Source: Octopus vulgaris (lineage: Eukaryota). Taken from it: a stretch of DNA of 64,000 bases. Below, in pieces: positions 1 to 11,352 of the stretch (positions are counted from its first letter, which is position 1; each line of letters opens with the position of its first letter). Below the pieces are notes generated by a model. The model was not told where the DNA came from and did no database searches. It was given only the letters and a program-made list of their open reading frames with translations. The DNA lies in assembly GCA_951406725.2 (NCBI GenBank), contig OX597816.1:10168001-10232000 (forward strand). Reading direction: 5' to 3'. Position numbers and translations under genes: made by a program.

Positions 1-61
1 TCTGCCTATTTGATTTTAATATGTACAATAAATTCTAGTCAATGATTCACTTGTTTTAGAG

Positions 62-95
<34 letters not shown>

Positions 96-210
96 GACTG
101 GTGGATGAGTAAAATCATTAGCACATTGGACAAATTTTCTTGTAGTTCTGCTTCCAGCACTTTATGTTCTGAGTTCAAATCTTGCCAAAGATAATATCTT
201 GCCTTTCATA
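96..210 (+). mobile_element. Degraded tRNA-derived SINE, family C (5' part)
   Basis: Contains GTTCTGAGTTCAAAT (B-box region) and TTGCCTTTCAT, matching the intact family C copy at 60970-61200. Confidence 0.6.
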
Positions 211-1029
211 GCTGTTAATGGCTTATTTTAGTTGAGGAAGAACTGCTATAGCTCTTTTACAGGGCCTCTATGGCTGGTTGGAGGAAAGCACAAAGTTGTC
301 AGTGGAATGGTGACCTAGTTTGACTACTTACTACAAAGTAGACCCGAGGGTCAGATTGTGAGGTGTTATAAAGATTGGGAGATGGATTAAGACCTTCACT
401 CGATAATGGCCTCAGTGAAAGAAATGAATGTCGTATGACCTCTTCTACTCTTGTAAACCAGAGAGGCCTTGTATCTACAGGGAAAAAAAATCAATATCTG
501 AGTAATATATCACCTCAGATGTGACATGTTATAATTTCTGATTTCAATTACTTTTAATTCGAGATATTCAAAAATATAAACAAATGGAAACAAAAACCTC
601 CTTTTATTAAAATACAAAATTATATTTCATTTTGGGCAGAAAAAGAAAAGAGCCAACATATTAAAAAAAATATACAGAAATTATTTCCACTGTTTTTTAA
701 TTTTTTTTTTTTTGTTTTGTTCTTCTTTTTGTTTTGATTGCTGGAAAAATAGACCATTAAAAAAAAATATTTTTTGAGAAATTTTGCAATTTAATTATAA
801 TTATTACTTTGGTAGCAATTTTTAGACAATGAAGGAAGGATCAAAACAAAATCACTCTACCCATGATTATAGACTGGGTCCGTAGGAAAATTAGAGATTA
901 AGATTGAATTTTATTGCTCTCATGCTTTCTCCATTGCTTTTAAGCTGTTAAACTTTCGTCATTGTCATCATCATGTTCACTTTTCCATGTTTGTATGTGT
1001 CAGACAGACTTGATTGAGACTCAAGATTT

Positions 1030-1150
1030 AAACGTGATGATTGGCAATAAGCCACTCAAATGGGTCAAGGCATCTTGGAAGTGCAGTAAACTTTAAGAGT
1101 AGTCTTCATGATGAAATCAATGTTAGAATATTTAAGGCTTTTGCCAAAAA
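1030..1150 (+). pseudogene. Decayed RTE-clade LINE reverse transcriptase fragment
   Basis: Frameshifted translation IGNKPLKWVK/HLGSAVNFKSSLHDEINVRIFKAF fits the RTE RT C-terminal pattern YLGS...L..EI..RI.KA. Confidence 0.55.
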
Positions 1151-1431
1151 ATCCCCCCTCATGCAAGGGATACCAAGACCAACAGCATCAAGAGCAAAAT
1201 TTGATTTAAGAGACTTCTGAATGAAAGAACTTTGAGAATTTATCAAAAAGGCCTGATCAAAGAGTATCCCATGACAAGATTGCATTACCTTACAAAGTCC
1301 ACAAATAATTCTTCAATCCACAAAGAGCTTGGAAAGAGAAGATAATCATGAACCATTTTACAAGAGCAGAAGGTATCTACCTTTCCAAAGAAGCTAATTT
1401 TTTGCAAATTTTCAAGTTTCGTTTTGTAGAT

Positions 1432-1826
1432 TGGCATCCATGCTAGTAGGGTGCCAAGAGCACCATACAAGCATGATCGTTGCCAGAACAGCCAACTGGC
1501 TTCCGTACCCGTGGCACGTAAAAGGGCACCATTCAAGCGTGATCGTTACCAACGTCTCTTCACTGGCACGTGTAAAAAGATTTGAGTGAGGTCATTGCCA
1601 GTACCGCCTGACTGGCCCCCGTGCCGGTGGCACATAAAAAGCACCCACTACACTCTCGGAGTGGTTGGCATTAGGAAGGGCATCCAGCTGTAGAAACTCT
1701 GCCAGATCAAGATTGGAGCCTAGTGTAGCCATCTGGTCTGCCAGCCCTTAGTCAAATCGTCCAACCCATGCTAGCATGGAAAGCGGATGTTAAATAATGA
1801 TGATGATGATGATGATGATGATGATG
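1432..1826 (+). mobile_element. RTE-LINE 3' UTR fragment (family B) with (GAT)n tail
   Basis: GGCACGTAAAA units, then GGAGTGGTTGGCATTAGGAAGGGCATCCAGCTGTAGAAAC...CCAACCCATGCTAGCATGGAAAGCGG and a (GAT)n tail. Confidence 0.85.
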
Positions 1827-2099
1827 TGAAGTATATCAGTATGTATGTGCACAAGTCTACCTTTTTTTTTTCGTATTAAATTCCGATATACTCACAATCT
1901 ACACATTTTGAAAAGTATTTGTGGGATGTAAACAGTGTCAGTCTGAAAGCTAAAATAAGTGTATAGAAATTTTGTCTTTTGAGCAAACTTTTGTAAAGAA
2001 CAGAAGCATGGACTTTCTCCTGTAGACGTATACAGAAGCTTGAAAACTTCCACATGTGCTGTCTGCACACTGTCTGCAACATGGAATGGCAAGATGTCA

Positions 2100-2345
2100 A
2101 ATGCATGGGTTGGACGGTTTGACTTAGGGCTGGCAAAGTTTCTACAGCTGGATGCCCTTCCTAATGCCAACCACCCCAAGAGTGTAGCAGGTACTTTTTA
2201 CGTGCCACTGGCATGAGGGCCAGTCAGGTGGTACTGGCATCGACCATGCTTGAATGGTGCTTTTTACATACCACCAGCACAGGAGCCAGTCACGCAGCAC
2301 TAGCAATGACCACACCCAAAGAGTGCTTTTTACGTGCCACTGGCA
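2100..2345 (-). mobile_element. Family B RTE 3' UTR fragment
   Basis: Reverse complement of the family B core (CTACAGCTGGATGCCCTTCCTAATGCCAACCAC) with tandem units. Confidence 0.8.
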
Positions 2346-2705
2346 TGCTGTTAAGAATTTAATGCAGATAGGCAGGACATGTTGGAATGCAAGATGATCC
2401 CATTCTGATAATTCTTTGGTTTGGCCAACAAGTAGAAAGATTCTGCATCAACGTATGACCCCTCTTTGGATATAAGGCTAAGTTGAAACAATCATCAAAA
2501 CCCCAGCAGCTTAATTTAACACATTGGGAAAGTTATTTTCTAGATTGATCTGAGGGGTGTAAAATGTGTCACAGTGGTTCTAAATAATTTGAGTTGAAGA
2601 ATCAGAACAATGGAAGACTTGTATCATACTGTCAACAGATACATTTGTCCAGTCCCAGGCAAAATCAAATACATTCATACATCTAAGGCGACGCTGGTAA
2701 CAATC

Positions 2706-3023
2706 GAGCGTGATTGTTACCAGCGTAGCCTTACTGGCACTTGTGCCGGTGTGCAGGTGACATGTAAAAAAAAAAAACACAATTTTCCATGACCGTTTCC
2801 AGTACCAGCTGGCTGGCCCTCATGCTGGTGGCACTTAAAAACACCCACTACACTCTATGGAGTGGTTGGCGTTAGGAAGGGCATCCAGCTGTAGAAACTC
2901 TGCCAAATCAAGATTGGAGCCTGGTGCAGCCATCTGATATGCCAGTCCTCAGTCAAATCGTCCAACCCATGCCAGCACGGAAAGCAAACGTTAAACGACA
3001 ACGACAACGATGATGATGATGAT
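2706..3023 (+). mobile_element. Family B RTE 3' UTR fragment with fold-back at its 5' junction
   Basis: Family B core and (GAC/GAT)n tail; inverted duplication at 2684-2733. Confidence 0.85.
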
Positions 3024-3139
3024 GCAATGCAAACGAATGCAACTTCATTTATTTTTAATTCTTTCTTTCCTTTTTTTTGACCCCTTCCTTCAAACAGTCA
3101 CACATCGAAATGAATGGGAGTGACCATCATCATCACATA

Positions 3140-3512
3140 AATATATGGATGGAACTTGTGGAAGAAGGAGACCCAGGAAGACATAAGACAAAGTAATGAA
3201 GGACAACCTGAGAATGCTGAACATTTCGGATGAGATGACAAAGGACCAAGATGCCTTACTGTACTCAAGAAGATCTGTCCTCCACAGAATCCCCTGGTGA
3301 AGAGGGATGTGGCATGGAAGACTCCTGTGCCAGTGTCATGTAAAAAGAACTCATTCTGGTGCCATGTAAATGTGGCACACTCTGTAAAGATGGAAGGGCA
3401 TCCAGCCATAGAAACAGACTGGAACCTGGTGTGGCTTCCCAGCTTGCCAGCTCTGATCAAACTGTCCAACCCATGCCAGCATGGAAAGCAGACATTAAAG
3501 GATGATGATGAT
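3140..3512 (+). mobile_element. RTE-LINE 3' end including decayed ORF C-terminus
   Basis: Translation MDGTCGRRRPRKT*DKVMKDNLRMLNISDEMTKDQDA (RTE-type GRGRPRKTW...DR..W terminus) followed by a family B-type tail. Confidence 0.75.
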
Positions 3513-3518
3513 ATATAT

Positions 3519-3830
3519 ATCATCATCATCATCATCGTTTAGCGTCCGCTTTCCATGCTAGCATGGGTTGGACGGTTCAACTGGGGTCTGGGAAGCCAGA
3601 AGGTTGCACCAGGGCCAGTTTTATCTGGCAATGTTTGTACGGCTGGATGCCCTTCCTAACGCCAACCACTCCGTGAGTGTAGTGGGTGCTTTTTACGTGC
3701 CACCGGCGCAGGTGCCAGACGAGTCTGGCAAACGGCCACGATTGGATGGTACCTTTTATGTGCCACCAGCACGGGGGCCAGGCGAGGCTGGCAACGGCCA
3801 TGAATGGATGGTGCTTTTTACATGCCACCG
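3519..3830 (-). mobile_element. Family B RTE 3' UTR fragment, tail-to-tail with the previous copy
   Basis: (CAT)n then reverse-complement family B core and 3 units. Confidence 0.85.
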
Positions 3831-4525
3831 TATGGCTGATCTTGCTAATTGGTTTCGCACTAGGGTCTCAGTGGAGTGTTAGATAACAGCGAGATTATGT
3901 AACCCTGTGCTCTTCAGAGATGGTAGTTATGGAATGAAAAATGGTAACAGCTCTCTGTTGTTGGAAGTGAAAAGACACATCCGGTTTGTGGTTTCTATGA
4001 AAAAGATAATGAAATGAACCGAGCTAGGGTTAAGTTAAGAGTTATGTTCCTTGGTGCCAAAACACCATCTGAAGGCAGCAATAAAAGTTTTCTGGAAGAG
4101 TGTTTATGGGGAATGTGTGTATGTTATAGGGTTGGTGTTCCTGAAGAATCGAAATCTGTTCAGTGGTACTATATATGTAGTTTTCAGGGGGTGGTTTGTA
4201 GGTTGTTGCTCAGGGGCCCAAAACCTGCAGAAGCATGTGTTTTCATTTGTGTGCTTTTCGATTGTTTTGTTTGAATTCTTTGGTTAAATTCTTTGAGCGT
4301 TTGTGTATGTATGGAGTGTGTGTGTGTGTAGGGGGTACTATATGTATGGGGGCTTCTATTGGGTGGGGTGGAAAAGTGTCTGTTGGGTTGATGTCCACTG
4401 TGTTAGGGTGTGTGTTTAGATATATAAAACTGTACACTTCAATTAATATACCCACTCTACTGACAAATATACAAGGGCATATTTTTTATGACTTATGGAT
4501 TCTTAGATAGCTATATATGGTTATA

Positions 4526-4569
<44 letters not shown>

Positions 4570-4572
<3 letters not shown>

Positions 4573-4912
4573 CAAAATCAAAATCGATCAAAAATCAATG
4601 GAAATAGTAATTGTGATACCAGTGCTGGTGGCACATAAAAGAACCATCCGAACGTGGCCGTTGCCAGCACCGCCTCAACTGGCCTCCATGCCAGTGGCAC
4701 GTAAAAAGTACCAACCGATTGTGGCCATTGCCAGCCCCGCCTGGCACGTAAATATCACCTACTACACTCACGGAGTGGTTGGCATTAGGAAGGGCATCCA
4801 GCTGTAGAAACACTGCCAGATTGGAGCCTGGTGCAGCCTCTTGGCTTCCCAGACCCCGGTCAAACCATCCAACCCATGCTAGCATGGAAAACGGACATTA
4901 AAGGATGATGAT
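4570..4912 (+). mobile_element. Family B RTE 3' UTR fragment
   Basis: ATCAATGGAAATAGTAATTGTGATACC leader, 3 units, core and GAT tail. Confidence 0.85.
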
Positions 4913-5833
4913 ATATATAATTCTGTGTGTGTGTATGTTTAAAAAGCTGAAAACAATGAAAGCACCTACATATAAGCTCCCCTTCATCAGGTCTGTGTTG
5001 ATCTGCTGTTTTCAAAGACTTCTTTTTATGTAATTAATAATTGTTAATTTAAAATCTTTTTACAAATATATGTGTGCGTGCGTGTGTGTGTGTGTGTCTA
5101 CTATAAAAGATATGTATATATATATATGTGTGTGTATATAAACATATTAATAGTATAGCATATACATACACAAAAATGTGTGTACATTTATTACCTCTTC
5201 AGCTGATATTATCATTTCATACACAAAACACCACAAAAATATTGATTAATCCAGGTGCAAACTTGATAACTGTTCCAGGAAATTTTGAAAATGATTGATG
5301 TTGACAAATTTTGTTTGCTTAACATATATTTATCTATTACTAATCTTTTTTGGTTTCTTAGGTAAAATTAAATTTGTTGTCTGTTGAAATTCATTTTCTT
5401 AAAGATTGTTGACAGATCATCAGACATTGTGTGTCCTTAACAATATCCTGGTGATAACATGATCACCAATTTGTATAAGCGTACCGTGTGAGTTTGGTTA
5501 TTTACTACACATCTTTTATATACTTTGATGTGCATTGTTAGGTGAATAAAGGATTGAGAAATTACCGTATTTACGATTCAGGTGTGAATGCTGAGCACAC
5601 ACCCATTATTGATAACGTGACTAGAAAATGTTATTTAACAATTATATAATACGGTATACAGCTTGACAATAAATTAAATCATTATATGAAGACATATTTG
5701 ATACTGTTGTTGTAAAGTAATTTTGGTCTTGTTATCAGAAAAGGAAGATGAAGAAAAAGAAGGAAGAGAAGAGAGAGAAATAGTTATTAGTATTTGTAAT
5801 ATTGTGACTTCATATTAATCAAGGAAATTAAAT

Positions 5834-6246
5834 AGGTGCAGGAGTGGCTGTGTGGTAAGTAGTTTGCTAACCAACCGCATGGTTCCGGGTTCAGTCCCAC
5901 TGCGTGGCATCTTGGGCAAGTGTCTTCTGCTATAGCTTCGGGCCGACCAATGCCTTGTGAGTGGATTTGGTAGACGGAAACTGAAAGAAGCCTGTCGTAT
6001 ATATGTATATATATATATATATATGTGTATGTATGTGTGTTTGTGTGTCTGTGTTTGTCCCCCCAGCATTGCTTGACAACTGATGCTGGTGTGTTTACGT
6101 CCCCATCACTTAGCGGTTCGGCAAAAGAGACCGATAGAATAAGTATTGGGCTTACAAAGAATAAGTCCTGGGGTTGATTTTATTCGACTAAAGGCGGTGC
6201 TCCAGCATGGCTGCAGTCAAATGACTGAAACAAGTAAAAGAGTAAA
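5834..6246 (+). mobile_element. tRNA-derived SINE, family A (full length)
   Basis: A box TGGCTGTGTGG, B box GGTTCAGTCCC, CORE-like CTTGGGCAAGTGTCTT, internal (TA)n/(TG)n tract, tail ACAAGTAAAAGAGTAAA; about 25 homologous copies in the window. Confidence 0.9.
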
Positions 6247-6642
6247 GTTCACTTGGCATCTTATCAATGTAGGTTAGGCCATTATTCCAGTCCAGAAACT
6301 GGTCCACGTCAGTCTAAATACTTGAATGTATGCTGAGTGGTTGTTTTAGCCTGTTTGCCTTCGGACGGTTGATTTCTGTAGTTATTACCAATGTATTTTG
6401 GCAATTTAAATGAGAGTTTTAACTGTTATTTCCAGCAGGTAGACATATTTAGTATGTCCTTTGATTAATTTTAATCCTTCAGCTATTTAATGCCTTTTGG
6501 GGGTCTGCAATAGCCTATATTATTGATTCTGTAATTATCATTTCTAAATTGTTACACCAGATAATAACAGAGTCAATGATCTTCTCAAATTATTTTTCCG
6601 TAAATTATTTTTCTCATGAATTATTTGCTCTGTATTGATATA

Positions 6643-6936
6643 TCATCATCATCATCATCGTCGTCGTTCAACGTCTGCTTTCCATGCTGGCATGGGTTGG
6701 ATAGTTTGACTGAGGACTGGTGAGCCAGATGGCTGCACCAAGCTCCCATCTGATCTGGCAAAGTTTCTACAGCTGGATGACCTTTCTAATGCCAACCACT
6801 CTGAGTGTAGTGGGTGCTTTTATTTGCGATTGGTATGAGGACTAGTCAGGCGGTACTGGCAACAGCCACGCTCAAATGGTTTTTTACGTGTCACCTGCAC
6901 AGGAGCCAGTCCAGCGGCACTGGCAATGCCCTCGCT

Positions 6937-6940
<4 letters not shown>
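6643..6940 (-). mobile_element. Family B RTE 3' UTR fragment
   Basis: (CAT)n tail and reverse-complement core. Confidence 0.85.
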
Positions 6941-6974
<34 letters not shown>

Positions 6975-6975
<1 letters not shown>

Positions 6976-7864
6976 GAGGGGGTAACCAAAAGTAACTGGA
7001 AATGTTCTGTGTGAAACAATCTCATCGTAGTTCAGGCTTCTTTCGCTAGAATCCACTTGATGTGATCCTCAGGCATCAGTCTGCAGACTGGCATCATTGA
7101 ATGAATTTGTATTTTCATGTGGTGTATCTTTGTTTTGCAGTGCTTGGTCCTGTGTTGTCAACTTTTGCAATGGCTGAAATGAAAAAAACAGTGTGCTTTC
7201 ATGAAATTCTGCTTTCTGCTGGGGAAAACAGTAACCAAGACAGTTGACATGCTTCAAACAGCTTACAAGCATGCTGCCATGAACAAAACACAAGTTTACA
7301 AGTGGTTTCCATGCTTTAGGAATGGTCACTCGTCACTTGAAGACCATCTTGTTCAGGAAAACTACTGTTGACTTCCTGAATGAATGAAAACATCATGAAA
7401 ATTCATGAACTGATCTTGGAGGACCGTGACTGAAAAATTGATGAATCTATTGATATGACTGGTGTGTCCTGGAGCCCCTGCCAAAGAATTTCGAGTGAGG
7501 AATTGCGAATGAAAAGATTTGCAGCAAAATTTATGCCTTGCTTTGCTCACAGAGGATCAAAAACAATCATGACTGAATGCATTTCGTGAACTGAAAAAAT
7601 CCATTTTTCAAAGGTCATAACTGGTGATGAAATCTGATGCTACAGAATTTGCAGGTGTGGAAGAGGTGAAGAAAAACAAATGACAGAGGTGTTAAAAGGC
7701 ATTTCTTCGCAAAGTTCCAGCGCTGTTTCAAATAGTGCAAAACATACCTGGACTGGTGCATTGCTTCAAATGGGGAATTCTTTACAGGCAATAAAACTGT
7801 AAACATGTAGAACTAAATGAATAAAATAAAATTGCAAAATTCCTGTTTCTTTTGAGTACCTTCA
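6975..7864 (+). mobile_element. Internally deleted mariner (Tc1/mariner) transposon with transposase pseudogene
   Basis: TA flanks; imperfect TIRs CGAGGGGGTAACCAAAAGTAACTGGAA and TTCCTGTTTCTTTTGAGTACCTTCA; translation MKFCFLLGKTVTKTVDMLQTAYKHAAMNKTQVYKWFPCFRNGHSSLED (mariner HTH), AKFMPCLLTEDQK, VITGDE and C-terminal LDWCIASNGEFF; frameshifts, stops and a missing central catalytic region. Confidence 0.9.
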
Positions 7865-7891
7865 TACACACACACACACACACACATATAA

Positions 7892-8035
7892 TCATTCAAA
7901 AGAAAATTAAGAAAATGGAGATATAGAATTTAATAAAAATTTATTATCCACAAAAATCCAACATGTTGGAAATTTGCAGATAATAAATTTTTATTAAATG
8001 CTATATCTCCATTTTCTTAATTTTCCTTCGAATGA
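7892..8035. repeat. About 144-bp near-perfect palindrome
   Basis: Arms complementary around the centre TCCAACATGTTGGA (7957-7970). Confidence 0.9.
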
Positions 8036-8124
8036 ATTTTATTATCATTCACAACAAATATTAGGTAATGAACCAGTAATTCATTTGATATTACTATCCC
8101 TTAATGAGGCTAATTTAACCTCTA

Positions 8125-8346
8125 CATAAAAAGCACCATTCGATCGTGGTCGATGCCAGCTCCTCTGGCCCCTTTGCTGGTGGCATATAATAAACACTCA
8201 GAGTGGTTGGCGCTAGGAGGAGCATCCAGCTGTAGAAACACTGACTGATCAGATTGGGGCCTGGTGCAGCCTCCTGGCTTCACAGACCCCAGTTGAACCG
8301 TTCAACCCATGTCAGCATGGAAAACGGACGTTAAATGATGATGATA
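8125..8346 (+). mobile_element. Family B RTE 3' UTR fragment
   Basis: Core and GAT tail. Confidence 0.8.
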
Positions 8347-8566
8347 TATAATAATTATATATATATATATTTATACATGTGTGTGTGTAGAGGCATATCC
8401 ATGGAGTTGAGAATTTTGCTTTCCAATCATGTGATCTGAGCGTCAGGTCCACTGCACAGTAACTTATGTGAATGTCATCTATAGTCCAAAAGTCTTGAGT
8501 GTAGGTTGCATAGATGGAAACTGAAAATCCCATAATGTATCTCTCCCGCTGTGTATGTGTGTATAT

Positions 8567-8910
8567 AGGAGTGGTTATGTGGTAAGTAGCTTGCTTCCCA
8601 ACCACATGGTTCCAGGTTCAGTTCCACTGCATGACACCTTGGGCAAGTGTCTTCTACTATATCTTGGGGCTGACCAAAGCCATGTGAATAGATTTGGTGG
8701 TTGGAAACTGAAAGAAGCCCTTCGTATAAATATATATATTTATATGTGTATATGTTGGTGTGTCTATGTACCCATAACTTAACAGTTTGGCAAAAGAGAT
8801 CAATAGAATAAGTACTAGGCTTACAAAGACTAAGTCCTGTGGTTGATTTGTTTGACTGAAGGCAGTGCTCCAGCATGCCAACAGTCAAATGACTGAAGTA
8901 AAAGAAAAGA
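8567..8910 (+). mobile_element. SINE family A (a decayed partial copy lies upstream at about 8390-8530)
   Basis: Homology to 5834-6246. Confidence 0.85.
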
Positions 8911-9464
8911 AAATAATACACACACACACATACAGATAGATACAGAGAGAAATGTCAATAGAGAGAAAGTCAGATTTTCAATAAATTTTAAATTACATTT
9001 TAAATAATTGTCTGAGGTTGAGAATAAATATTTGACAACAAATTGCTTAATACATCATCTAGCAACAGATTAAATTAATCTATATATGAAAGAAAAATAA
9101 AGCATGTTTAATTCTGCAATTAAGTAAATTGTGGTTAAAAGCTGAGTCAAAAGAAATTAAAGGAGAGACAGAGTGATAGAAAGAAAAAGCGAGAATCAGA
9201 GGTTGAGAAAGTTAGAGAGGGAGAGGAAAAGAGAGAGGGAGGAACTGGTAAAATATCATTAATGAATGTTAGCTGTGAATTTGTTTCTTATTGTAGATAG
9301 AAGTATAATTTATTTTTTTTTAAGTCTTAGCTATAGAGATTGCAGATGATGTCAAAATATGCTATTGTTAAGTAAACTGAAAACTCACTAGGAATATTAT
9401 GTGTTTCAGGAGTAATTGTCCTCTCATCAGTGAGTACAACAGATTAAATCATTATATATCAATT

Positions 9465-9795
9465 ATTGTTTACTTGTTTCAGGCATTTGACTGCAGCCAT
9501 ATTAGGGCATTACCTTGAAGAATTCTTTTAGTCAAATGAATCGACTCCAGTACTTCTTGTTTTAAAGCCTGGTACTTATACTACCAGTCTCTTTTGCTGA
9601 ACCACTAAGTTACTGAGATGTAAACACACCAAGACCAGTTGACAAGCTGTGGTAGGGGAACAAATACAGACACAAAGTTATACAGATATATATGCAGTAT
9701 ATACTATTGGCTTCTTTCAGATTCCATCTACCACATACACTTGCAAGGCTTTAGTTGGCCCAAGGCTGTAGTGGAAGACATTTGTCATAAGTTCT
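9465..9795 (-). mobile_element. SINE family A, diverged
   Basis: Reverse-complement homology to family A body and tail. Confidence 0.75.
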
Positions 9796-10365
9796 ATGAA
9801 GTATCTTCTAATATAGTGCTAGGGGCTGACCAAAGCTTTGTGAGTGGATTTGGTAGATGGAAACTGAAAAAAGCCAGTGGTGTGTGTGTGTTTATATATA
9901 TATATATATATATATGTATATAAGTATTATTTCCATTATTAATATTATTAATAAGGTAATAATAAGGTGGCTTGAAAGTTCACACCATTACAGGTGCGAT
10001 ATAAGGTGAAATTGGATTCTGTAGGGTATACAATACTGCTTGCTAAAATCAGAGCCTAAGCTCCAAAAACCATCAAAAACTCACGATAGATATATTGTTG
10101 CTATTATGTTAAACTGTCGTATGTCCAAATTTGGCCAAATGTGTTTCTTTCAATATTAATTTTTCCTTGCAGTAGTCAGTTCTTTTTGGTCAAACTATTG
10201 TATCTCCAGTTGCTTCAGATGCCAAGATATCAAAAATTGGCAAAGTGTAAGCACAACGGTGAAACTATTTTTTTCATTTTCCTGAAAAAGCAACGTTTTG
10301 GACTTAAGACACTTTTGCAAAATAGCAATGACATATATATGTGTGTGTATATGTATATATGTATA

Positions 10366-10880
10366 CTAGCAGTATCGCCCGGCGTTGCTCGGGTTTGTAA
10401 GGGAAATAACTATATAAGCATTTTTAGAGAGTTACTTCCTTTATAGATGCCAATTTGGGCTTTCTTAGCCATTTCTGTTTTGGTGTCTTCAAGCCATGAA
10501 GTCGTTGTTCTAAAAGAACGCTGGTCTCCTTGACAACGCATTACGACGTTGATTTCCTTAAACTCCCTTCCCCACAGCTTCACGAGGGAGGGAAGAAGGG
10601 GGAGAAGCAAACACAGGTGCAGGTGTGAGCGTGGACGCCAACTCCGCCACCATCGACACACGAAAAATTATGCATTAAAATGGAATAAAAAATGATGTTA
10701 AATTATTTTTAAAATCGTAGACTCATCGTAGACGCACGCTAATAGCCAGACGGGCTCGATATGAATTACGACTATAAGATACCCGAATTTGGTTAAACTG
10801 CACCGCAAAATGTGGGAAGAGTTAGGAATCTAAATCGTAGGAGACAGACACTCACACAACTACAGTTTTATATATATAGA
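10366..10880 (-). mobile_element. Non-autonomous Helitron
   Basis: Minus strand starts TC (TCTATATATATAAAA) and ends with hairpin CCCGAGCAACGCCGGG plus CTAG; inserted between A and T without a TSD; homologous to 52266-52641. Confidence 0.85.
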
Positions 10881-11352
10881 TACACACACACACACACACA
10901 CACACCATCATAATTATCTGTGCTGGCATGAGTTGGATGGTGTGACAGGAACTGGCCAGCTACAGAGCTGTTTTGGCTCCATGTCTGTATTGTCATGGTT
11001 TCCATGGCTGGATGCCCCTTCCTAACTCCAAATACCTTACAGAGTGTATTGAGTGCTTTTGTGCAGCCTCAGCATCGATGAACCTGCAAAACTAGGATTA
11101 CTCAGCTGAAGAGGAATGTAGGAGACATATTTGTATGCAAGGACAACCAGTATATGATGTAAGGGATATTCAGCTATCATTTCTAACACATCAAGCAGTA
11201 ACATAGGGGTCCACTCATCATATAGATTAACTTGTAACACAAGTTTGAATTAGGGTTCCCTCAGTACATACCTTCTTTTCAAGTTGCGATCTATCCTTCA
11301 TTCATATTTCAACCCCTCAATATATCATTTAGTTAACTGATTTACTAAAGAG

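Noticed and set aside
5565-5654. Tiny TA-flanked element with CCGTAT/ATACGG ends
   Set aside because: The inverted match is only about 7 bp; insufficient support
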